DNA of 64,000 nucleotides from Phoronis australis (taxonomy: Eukaryota; Animalia; Phoronida). A program made the position numbers and the translations under genes. Where the stretch lies: contig NMRA01000305.1 of assembly GCA_002633005.1 (NCBI GenBank), positions 212,772-276,771 on the forward strand, given 5' to 3'. The notes below the pieces were generated by a model, which did not search any database, had not been told where the DNA came from, and worked only from the letters and a program-made list of their open reading frames with translations. Of this stretch, positions 25,758 through 36,900 are shown piece after piece (position 1 is the first letter of the stretch; every line of letters starts with the position of its first letter).

Positions 25758-27208
25758 TGAATGCTACTAGTACATGAAAGGTGCTTGCATTGACCGTGTC
25801 TCAAGTGTTGTATATTTGGATATGGGGCTTGTCCAGTGTCAACATGGACTGCTCGGCTTGCGTTTGATGGAAGGACAATCATTCTCCCGCGAACGAGAGA
25901 TTGGCGAGATTTATTTATTTAAAAGTGACTTTCGTGATTTATTTGGCTTAGTACGTAATTTTCCATATATTATGCAGAAAATAATTGGCAAATTGGAAAT
26001 TTTCCATTTGTTCTAAGACTCATTACTTCACTGCAAGTGTTGTTTTGTGACATTTACAAACTTGCCAATAATTCACAAAAATGTTCTTAATTTTCATTTT
26101 TCTGAAGAAATTTGCCATCAAATTTCATCCGTCTACCATATTGTGTGCTAAATAGGTAAAAAATTACCATATATTAAGTTTCTAACAAAATCTTTGCGTT
26201 TAACAAAGTTAACTTTCAAGATCAAAGTTGATCTATATGTTTAACACGTGATGAAACATTTTTACAAGCAAGATTTGTCCACTGGCCACTTTAAAAGTAT
26301 TCCCAGTGGTACAATTACATACTCAACAGAAAATGTGATCAATATGCCTCAAAGATTAGCGACTGAGCTTTCAGATTAAGAAAACATATTTTTTGATGTT
26401 TTATTTCTTGTAAATTGACCTTAATGTTGGAGCCTGTTAAAGTGGATTGTTTCGTTGGACAACTGATACGTCACATTAGAAATGTTTGCTGTCAAAATTT
26501 ATTTAGAAAAATACTTGCTCAATTTTCCACTCATAGGCCAATAGAAAGTTGCCGTTTCGATTGCTCAACTTTAAGGAAGGCGTATACACCTGTCTATTGT
26601 ATATAGTTATTGCTCAGTTAGGATGCATCATAAACTCTATAGCTTTCTAGTCTTGTTTTGTCTTTTGATATTGGAAATATATAAATACATAATATTTTAT
26701 CACATTTGTCATTTGTCCGAAACTAAGGTACTGTCTATGAGTCCCTCGAAATACCATGAAAATCAGATAAATACATTACAACTTGCATCAACGCGACCTA
26801 CGTGAAGAGCCAAGAACAGGGTACTGCTCATGTTATCCAAGTTAAAGTGAAATCTCGTACTGTTCGACTGTGCATTTCGCTTGCTGTACAAATTATGCAG
26901 CTGTTAGAATCATTTCAAATCTTTAAGTGACTATAAACCCATGTTTCGTCCAAGAAGCAAACTTTTGATCTAGGCGACTAACCGCTATCAAATGGGTCTC
27001 AACTTGTTCTATTGAGATTTCTGGGTTGGCAAAAATCTTACGGTACGTTATTCTTAGAGACCAAAGTTGGCACATAAAACGACAAGCTGTAAAAAGCCAA
27101 CTTGTAGAGCCTTGTCTCGAATGAATATTAACAGTCGGTTGTTTCATCAAAGCCCTGAAAGCACCTCTACTTTGACTAAAAAACAATTTGAGACCAATTT
27201 CAAAACTA

Positions 27209-27771
27209 TACCGGGAATTTCCAGAAATAAGGCCCATGGGTGGATGTTCAAAAAGTGACCTTTCAAAAAAGTCGAATGAAACCGAATATATGCCCATGCG
27301 TACTTTCCGAAACTGTCGTTAAAACGGTCTTTCATACTGCGCTCAGTAATAAGGTTAGTTACCAACAAAGTCACCCTCGTATTTCTGTTAAATGAGTGAA
27401 ATCACGAACCGAAAATATGTCTTGGCAAAATAAACAAAAATTTCACATCAAAACATTATATACGAGTGTTCTCCACACTCAAGAATTCAAACAGGTAGCA
27501 TTTACAACCACTTCAAAATTTATACAGTGTGCAGCATAGGCATATCATAGAGAAAACACAAAAAATGTACTTTTTTGTTCAAAATGAAAAATCACTAGTG
27601 GCGTGAGCTATCTAAACAGGTCAGAGGCAAAAAATCAAACGGGCCGCGGCGACCTGTTACAACGGGTCATTGAGAACACTGCATTCGTATCAGATTTTCA
27701 CTTTTGAAAAATTTCCAAAAATGCACCCTTGGGCGTACTTTTGGGTGGGCCTATTTTTGAAAACTCTCTGC
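27209..27771 (+). mobile_element. Decayed Tc1/mariner-type MITE; related copy at ~34390-34887
   Basis: The left end TACCGGGAATTTCCAGAAATAAGGCCC pairs imperfectly with the right end GGGCCTATTTTTGAAAAC. Blocks AAATGAGTGAAATC and CACCCWTGGGCGTACTTTTGGGTGG recur at 34704 and 34877. Confidence 0.55.
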
Positions 27772-29089
27772 AAGTGGTTTCAGTCAAAAGCTGGTTGTGT
27801 AACAGAAGGCGGGTTTGTTGATCCTTGTACTGCACTAAATCTATTTGTAGATATAAGTAATTATTCCAACAAGTTTACATAAATTTTCATGAAACAGGCG
27901 TTCACAGCCTACATTTGGCTCACATGCAGACGTACGCATGAAAACGATGCATGGATCTGTAACGACGTGAAACCTAAATTTTAACTTGAAAATGCATTTA
28001 ATTCATTCAAGCTGACAATTACCAGAATCGGTTGCGACTGCCTTAGTAAACGCAAAAGCATAATGAAAATGTAGCCATATAACTGGAGTCACACAAAATC
28101 AAATTAGAAATCTATCTCACTTTAGGGTTTTTTGGTATCAAGCTAACATAACAGGATACCACTAAAATGAAGACCAGCTCACAAAAATAGAACTGATTAC
28201 AATATTTGGCCTGGACAGGGTCCTTACACTTCTATTGTAATGTTTTTAAAAAAAAAATACGCAAGTCCTAATTTCCTTCACGCAAAAGGAAAACGAAAAG
28301 TTTAAAAACAAAGCCGATGGCATTTTAAGGAGCAGAGCATAAATCATAGTAACGGTATGAACATTTCATTTGAGCCTGGGATGACATCTTTACTATGTGT
28401 CAGTGGTCTCCACTACAGTAAATTGAACCTCGACGGGAATCGCAATTAGCTTTATGTACAAGTTCAAAAGTACATAATTGTCCATACTGCGAGGAGTTAA
28501 CGTGTTAAGACTTGAAGTGCTTTGGCATTAAAAGTCAAAAATGTCCTTATGAGCGTTTGAAGAAATTGCTAATCTCCCAAAAGTTCACATTCACACAAGT
28601 AAGCAGAACCCGTCAAGGTAAAATTCAAACTCGTTGCTGCAACATGTCAAAACAAATTGTGGAGAGCAGTGTATGATAACATAACCTTAAAGATGTGTTG
28701 AAGGCTATAAGCATTGTTCAGGTAACGATGTGAGTATTGCCTTTGGGGACACAACGGTGAAAGTCAAATGTTTCGAATTAATTTTGCGAGATATGTAAAA
28801 TTCGAGTTGCCAAACAAGACAAATTTACACTCTTTTTATTTTCATTTTATATCTAACATGGACATTTTTAACCTGCCAAAACAGATGTTGGGTGCTCTGC
28901 AAAACACGATTCAAAAATAATGTTGAATCATGCATATCAAACAAACACTTACATTCCAAGGACATTGTATGTGTATTTGAAAATAGTGACTTACATGAAA
29001 ATGATGAATGCAATACAGGTAATGCGAGAAAACCAATTTTCAAATGAGAAGCAGACGGCTTGAACCTCCCACAGACATGACAGCTGTTG

Positions 29090-32000
29090 TTACTTGCCAA
29101 TTTTCTTATTACCAGTACCTGGAAATACACAGCAAGTATTTAACTACCTAGAAATTCTTAATAAGCATCATGGAATAAATAAAAAGTCCTTTGGCTCCTT
29201 AATGATGTTATGTCTCTCCTTTATGTCTCATTAAAACTGTGAATAGTTAAATCTGTAGCAAGTGCCACCTGGTGACTTTCTGGAGAACTGTGTGAACAAG
29301 TACAATCAGGAAAAGAAACAATTTGTAAATTGTACGGTTTCGAAGAAAACACTACAACTGATACACCTAAAAATAAAATGTGAACATATAAAAACCCTAG
29401 TAATTCCAGATATTATGCAATCGTTATTTGATAGCGAAATAAACAAAATAATAAAAACCGTGCCTTATTTCATTAGGGTAATGATGAAATATTACCATAC
29501 TCATTAACATAAAAAAGTCTCGCAAAACGAGACTTTCGCGAGATTGTAATGGTAACTGGTTCTCAGATGGTTTCCGGCACGCCGGAGGACCCGGGGTTAA
29601 TTGTAAATTAGTAATTCATTTGCATCTTCACATTTAATGAGACTATGCATCTTCAAGCCTTCCTGAATATCTTATCAACAAGTCTCAACATTAAGCCAAA
29701 TATCTACAAACTATAAAATACAACTCAATAAAAGTAAACATTTTCTGAAAATAGAAATCTTGGTACAATTTTAAATTCAAATTACATCAATCTGCCACTA
29801 ATTGAGTCACGTGTCTTTTTTGTAAAATTTAGCGAAAAGGAAAGGTACATTGGTAGGAAAACAATGAGGGCGTCAACAGAGCAAGTTTCGTTTGGTATAA
29901 ACGTTCAATTGAAGATGGAATCTCATAAAAGCTGAACAGTTTTCTAAACTATCATTTCGTTTTGATTTCATTCAACTTATTTTTTTCAATAAAACCACAG
30001 AAGTCCAATTTTTAGATAGGCCCTCTTGTAAAAAGGAGCATTTTAAAAATCAATTGCGAAAAAGCATTTTGGTGAACAGTATCAATATCTGATTCGTTTT
30101 TCAAAAATACCACCTCTTATATTAATGAATACACCTCACTTCAAAAAACAGGACCCGCATTAATTCCTTATTTTTCAAATAAAATATCCATTTCGATGCC
30201 AACATTTCCAAAAACCTTCCTGTGTCCACTACTTGCCATTATGCTGGAGATCGAAGTGTTGTGTCTAAATCGAAACGGTTTGGCACGTTTGGAACATGCG
30301 TGCTTTTCGCGTTAATTGCAATTGTTAAAACGAGGCATTGTGTTCTAAACAACAATGCACAACAATCATTTTTATAGCACCACAAGAGTGTGCTGGTAGT
30401 GAATAACAGCCACAACTACTCAAGTTTCCAGTGCAATAATATCCGCCAATCAAGTGGAAGAGGCTGCTCCCAGGTATTCCCACAGCTTTTAATTACGCAG
30501 TAAAATCTTCTTCCTCGCAGTTCAGACCGGGGGGTGACTTACCTAAAGCACCCTTCTTAGAGGCGATTGCCTGAGCTGCTGCGAGGGCCTTCTTCTCTTC
30601 TCTTTGTTTCTTCTGGAACTCCAAATCATCCTGGAAACAGGTATAACAATGGTCAAGAGCCAATGCCAAAATAGAGCAACTCCTACAAGTCTCCAACCAT
30701 TTGGGATGATGATGGGATGGGGCACTGACATCTCTATTAACATTCGATATAAAAGTGACGAGCCAGAATGCTTAGACCCCCTACAGATCCACCTCTGGAC
30801 TCGACGCTAGGACTATGGTAAGGTCACAAAACACTCAAATTGCATCCGAGGCAACCACGGTATCATTTTTTCAGGGCTTGGAAGAACCAATGACAAAAAG
30901 AGCAAAACCTTCCAGGTGACGTGACGTATCGTTCCACAAATTGGGCTGTGTGAAAGAAATATTTTTGTGTTGTACAATTTAACTGATTAAACAAACGCTT
31001 TTGCACAAATTAGGTCAAAATAAAGATAAAAAAAGAGACGGAAAAAGAGGAAACTGGAAATCAAATAAGATGAAATTGAAACCGATAATGAGGAAATCCT
31101 CTTAAAAGAAGAAAATTCCAAACCCTGATTAGTGCAAAAAGCAATTTTTTCATGCTTCATTATCGCCGATGTCACTCCTAATTTTTACCCCATGTCGGAC
31201 AAACAGGACCTTGGCCATGTGCCTACTCACACACTGACACGTCTCGGAACAAACCACGTGAAAGCTTTTTACTCGCTATTGTGATCTTCAAATACTCAGC
31301 TGACCAGCATGTTGCTGATGTCTGAATGTAACACGCATCAGTTACACTCACCAAACTGACCAAAACATCGTTATAGATTGAAACTGGCAGACACGGGAAA
31401 ACTAATTCCCATAATTCCCATTGAAGAAATAATTAATGCGTGGCTGTACAATTAAGTTATAAAAACTTGTTTCCAATTTGTATTACACAGTTCATAGAAA
31501 CCTGCTGAAATTCTTATCGTTCACAAATGTTTAGGTATTTCAAAACTGATTAGAAAAATTACTGCCATAGCAGAATGGTTGATTTAAAGAAGAGCAGGAA
31601 ACACCCTGGCCGCCAACAATGAAGAAAAGCAGAACTGACATGGCATTTAAAATGTTGCGGCTAATCACGGGGGTGTAACTTTTGTGCGAGTGTGTGTGTT
31701 GGGAGAGACAAAGATAATGCATAATGAAAAATGTTGACCCCCTTATGATATCCTAGATCTGCCACTGGATCCTGCATTATCAGCCAACAATAAAATGAGC
31801 ATGTGGGGGGGGGGGCAGATATCGCAAAATGAAAAATGTTGGACCCAAACCTCACGATGTCCTTGATCTCCCACTGTAGCAAGGGAGCGTGCAAAATTTA
31901 CTAAAGCTGCCTACGGTCATTAAAAGCAGGAACCTGTCTATAACTTACATCATCAAGTTCCTTAGGACCTTTCTTGGGCTGCTTCAACGGCTTCTTTTTA

Positions 32001-33082
32001 CCACCTGAAAAAAATACCGCGATATATTGACTTGAGATACGTGATCAAAGGTGCATATGCATTAGTTGGATGTTTGCTTAACTCGGGCAAAGTTCTGCAC
32101 TCTGCAGTACGTGTGTTCAAATTCATGCACTCGGTCCTTTAGATAAAGTGAGACTTCACCTTACTCCGATGAAAATTGAAACCTCCGATTTTTCCGACAG
32201 ATGGGACTTTTACTGTATTGTAGTAAATTACAGAGATTACCCGGCTGGGTAATCGAGCTAGTGACCCGCATAAAATAGGCAAGCATGATAACCATGGGAA
32301 ACAGAGGCTCATACGATCAACTTCCCTTTGTATCTTTACAACACAGGTGAACACAAGGTTGTCTCTCATAAAGGCCCTTGACTCTGAATCAAACCAGCGA
32401 TCCAGATACAGTCGGCAAGCACGCTAACAATTCCGCTTATAGACAATTGTCCGTAAGCAAGTGGCTAACAGAGACTCATATGATTTATGTCTACAATTAA
32501 TAGGATCATCCTAAACTAAAGTGAAAATAGTGCCAAAAGAAATTCAGGCAGCAGGCCTCACCATCTAATCTCTATTTTGTGGTTTTCCTGTATTTTTCCC
32601 AAATGTTCTTTCCAATATTGGGGGGGGGGCAGACTAGGTACCTTTCTTCAGGAACCAACAATGCAAAGGTCAACACCGGAGATGGGGCGGGAAGGTGCAG
32701 TAGGATCGGGTAATTTGCGACCCCTACTTAGAAATTTTCAATTTTTCTGAGTTTTTTTTGACGATTTTTCACGGAGTGCATTTTTATCCTCGTGAATTCT
32801 TGTTCGCAGAAGCATACCTGGATACCCACACTGACAGGGTACCTCCCCGCGGGCTCCAGCTGGGAAGACGTGAACACTGCCACTCAGCCTCAGGCTCAGT
32901 GCCATTGCCACTGGCACTCGCCACTGGCACTGCACTCAGCTTGGGCCTGAACCGAGGCTTTTACAACAAAGGTATCACCGAAAACAATACCATTTTTAGG
33001 ATTTAGAGTTTATATACACAATCTAAAAATGTCATCCCTTTAATAAAATGTAGAACAATGGATTACCTGCTCTTCCAGACAT
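29090..33082 (-). CDS. TMA7: Translation machinery-associated protein 7, 62 aa, 4 exons
   Basis: Exons 33082-33067 (16 nt), 32004-31949 (56), 30630-30543 (88), 29118-29090. Protein [62 protein letters not shown] carries the TMA7 signature [17 protein letters not shown]. Confidence 0.96.
30218..30459 (-). ncRNA. Candidate intronic H/ACA-like structured RNA in TMA7 intron 3
   Basis: Basal stem UCCACU/AGUGGA, an internal loop, and upper stem AUUAUUGCACUGGA/UCCAGCAUAAU enclose four small hairpins. ACA(GGA) lies 14 nt 3' of the upper stem. Folded by eye only. Confidence 0.4.
32068..32170 (-). ncRNA. Candidate box H/ACA snoRNA in TMA7 intron 1
   Basis: Hairpin (GUAAGGUGA/UCACUUUAU), then H box AAAGGA, then an irregular ~55-nt hairpin (UGCAUGAAUUUG...GUACUGCA-GAG-UGCAGAAC...CGAGUUAAGCA), then ACA-UCC, ending ~63 nt upstream of the 3' splice site. 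Confidence 0.35.
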
Positions 33083-33987
33083 TTTTTCAAGGGACAATGT
33101 TAATGAATCAACACCACATGAAAGTTACGACCTCAAGCGGGAAATTCACTTGGTATTGAATTCCATTTGATAAATCAATTTACGTAAATACACTATCTGG
33201 CCAACAACAAATGAACTCGTCAAATGTCAGTGTGATTAAAAAATGATAACTTTTTTAGCAATATTAACAGAATTTCGAGTTGATACGCTTAGATATATGA
33301 TGTAGTTCGAAACTGTTTCTTCAATTGTTGCCTACTAGCAACAAATATGGTGGACGAAGCCGAATTAGGAGCTGTCACTCTGTGTTCTATTGGGTGAAGA
33401 TTTTGTGGATAGAACGCGCTAAATACACGGCTGCATTATGTGATTATATGGAATTAACGTGGCACGAACATTAGTGAAGATGTTTACTGGATTATTTTGA
33501 CACAGTATAGTTAAACCACAAATCACGACGTTCTTGTGAGTTGTGCAGATTGACAAATTCTGTCAAAATCGAGGACAACTTGACAAGTCCAGACAAATGC
33601 CGCATGAGTAAGCTTTAGGCTGGGCTTATTTTGTCACCAAGATACCCAGGTGCAGACGCTATGCGTTAGTTGCTTGTGGTGCTTAATGCTAAATCTGAGG
33701 AGCAAGGATCGCTTGCAATTCAGCCGTCATACCGTGAAGAAGTCGAAGACTGTGGAGATCGAATTCAGAGAAAGTCTTTGAATTCATTATTTACTGACTT
33801 AAGCCATTTATTCATTTTATTGAATGAGTTTGCAGTTTTTAATTACTGCTTACCTGTCGCACTGATGTGACAGAACTCCATCAGAAAATGGACACGTGCA
33901 ATGTTGTTGCAACAACTGTCGTGAGGAAGAGTTCACTTTAAAATTTGGTTTGTGTTAGTTTCTCGGGACTCGCTCATCGTCATCATC
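33083..33987. promoter_or_regulatory. Head-to-head promoter region between TMA7 and CFAP20DC, with an X-box-like palindrome
   Basis: Start codons diverge 905 bp apart. TTGTTGC-CTACTA-GCAACAA at 33325-33344 has RFX half-sites GTTGCC and AGCAAC, but the 4-nt spacer is one longer than consensus. Confidence 0.55.
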
Positions 33988-36900
33988 ATGTTCAAGAATG
34001 ATTTCCAGGTATAAATGTGGAAACACCTTCAGTTGTTTAAGATTCACTTAAACTCTCGTTTACAGACAATGTTTACTAGTATAACTAATAACGCAGGTGC
34101 ATTGTCGGTGGAGAAAGCATTAACGATTACTGTGGCAGCTAATCTAGACTTAATCTCACCAGAATATCACATATTAGTTATCCAAAACATCAAAAATCAT
34201 GCAATTTAACCAATTTTGTCATTTGTTTCTTTTCAATGTGTGCTGTAAATTAGAGGAACTGTCTTCGTTTTTTGTCAGGATACTTGTTATATGATCCTGG
34301 ATGAAGTAATCTACTATTATCTAGTGACTAATGCAACCTCTGATCACTGACTACCTGGTACTTCAGTCTGGGACCTCTGAATTCCATGTAACCAGCACTT
34401 TTCGAAAATAGGTCTGTGCATGGACATCTGGAAAACTACCTTTCAAATAAAAAATGTCAAACAAAATCTAATATACGAGTAGTTGTATTTTCGGAAAGGG
34501 GTCGTATTTCTGGAAGTTGTATGGATGTAGTTTTTGTTATACAAATATTAGTTGTGAAATGTTTTTAATGAACATTCTTCTTGTTGTAAGAAGTTAAGTC
34601 ATCCATACTTCTTTCGCATTCATTAAGCACAGCACATTATTAAAGCTGTCCTTCATGCAAATTACATTTACTTGCCAAAGAATTTATAATATCTCATCTC
34701 ATTAAATGAGTGAAATCGCTATCCCAAAATATAATGTCTTAACAAAGTAAACAGAATTTTACACTCAAAACATATCACATATGGAATTTAGAACAACCCG
34801 TCAGATTTTTAAAACATGTTTAACAATTACCGAAAATACACGCATGGACATAATTTTGAAAATTTTTACAAAAATACACCCATGGGCGTACTTTTGGGTG
34901 GACCTATCGTAGTGCTGTGCTGTAGTATAAGCAGTCAGCTAAGGAAAGATGCTGCTGTTTCGAATGTAAAAGAAAATTTTTGAATCATATATTTTATTCA
35001 TACTTGTTAGTTTAAATTACAGCTTGTTAAAAGTTATACGTGATTTGATCTAGCGATTTATTGCCTTTACAGGGTGGTCCGTACTTTGAGATATTGTCAG
35101 CTCAAGGCAAAGACGCAGCGAGTTACTGGAAGACAACGGGGGGTGTCAAGAAGGTGAGCAATTGACTTCAAAAATGTGCAAGAGAAGCTGTTAGGAAACT
35201 TTCATGAGAAACGGGAATTTTCAATGAATGGTACTGTATGTGACTTTGGTAATTAGACACATATAATAACAATATTTATTAATTTTACCTTGAGATAGCT
35301 GAGCAGCTTTTTCTTAATATGAAGGGACAAGATTTCTTTTTTACTCAATACCTAAATGGAACAATTACAAACCAGGGTTTAATTAGCACATAGAATGTGT
35401 CTTAAACCTTTTGGTATGATGATTGATGGAAACTGATTTTTGCTCTGAAACCAATGATTCAGGTCATCATCAAGTAAGTATTCTAAACCTTTTAATTGGA
35501 CAGGATTGTCCGACCCTTTCAAAGTAAGACTGCATCATGCCAGTTGTGCAGTGAATCCTTCATTTCATTTTGATGTCAGAAACTAATTGATATCATGCCC
35601 AGAGAAATTCTGTGATCACTTGTTTTGAGATCTAGCGTATTTCATAATTTCATGTTTAGCCGAAATTCCAGTTCAATTTTGAAAAAAATAAATTGTAGTG
35701 TCTGTAATCCAATGTTTGATTAGGCTATTTATCGTTGTGAAATTGGCTTCAAATTGTTCCTCAGTGATTTCTGGTCATTTCTGAACTTGGTAAGAACTGA
35801 CTGCTCGTTAGTGCATGAGACACGGCTCTGCAGGTTGACTTGTCGCAGTTTGTCATTTTATTTGCCGAGCTTGTTCTTTAGTGATAACGAACTGTCAGTT
35901 CTTTTTAAGACCAAAAACCTCTTCTCATCTAAGTAAGGAACAGGTTGAGATCAGTTTTTGGTGGTGAGTGTCCTTAAATCAACATATAGTTTTTTAGACG
36001 GAAGGTTTATGGCTGATTTAAAATGGTGATGGAAGAAATATCAGCCCAGCAATTAGAGAACCCCTTTATTGCCTGTTATTCAGTGGAGAAAACTGGTTCT
36101 CAAAATGTGTGCTATTCAACTGTAATACGTTAATGCGTTCAGTTTATGGCCATCACAATCTCTTTATTCAGGTGTATGATGCGTTGAGTTTATGGCCATC
36201 ACAATCTCTTTATAATTCAGGTGTATGATGCGTTGAGTTTATGGCTATCACAATCTCTTTATTCTGGTGTATGATGTGTTGAGTTTATGGCCATAGCAAT
36301 CTCTTTATTCAGGTGTATGATGCGTTGAGTTTATGGCCATTACAATCTCTTTATTCAGGTGTATGATGTGTTGAGTTTATGGCCATCGCAATCTCTTTAT
36401 TCAGGTGTATGATAAAGAGGTAAAGAGCTATGTATTCACCCTTGAGGGTTCACCCACAACAACCAAGATGCAGATCCCTAAGGACAGCAAAACTGGCAGT
36501 GAGTGATGTGAAGCATAGTGTTGAGCGACTCGTGTTTACAGGATGCTAAAACAAGTTTAACAAGGGATGGTGCTTAGTAGGGCAATAGTCGGATATAACG
36601 TGCTTGTATTTTGAGAACCTTGATGGCCATTATTCAGAGGAGAAAATTGGTTCTCAAGTTCTGTCACATTATATCTGTCCATTTGTCATACTAGTGAACG
36701 TCATGTGACCTAATGTGTGTATAAAGGTTGTGGTACTGTAAACATTCATCAGTTTAACGTACTGTATGGTGTACACAAGGAATTTTATTTTTGTTAATCT
36801 TCTCAACGAAAAGAAAAGCTGTGGAAAACTTGACTTTTTATATCATAAGCATTTTTTGTTAGTATTAATTTACTGTCACAAATAAAACTTAATAGGTAAG

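Noticed and set aside
29119-33066. Telomerase RNA or U17/snR30 in TMA7 introns
   Set aside because: No CUAACCCUAA-type template was found. AAACCAU near 29567-29573 lacks a proper AUAUUCCUA partner and closing stem.
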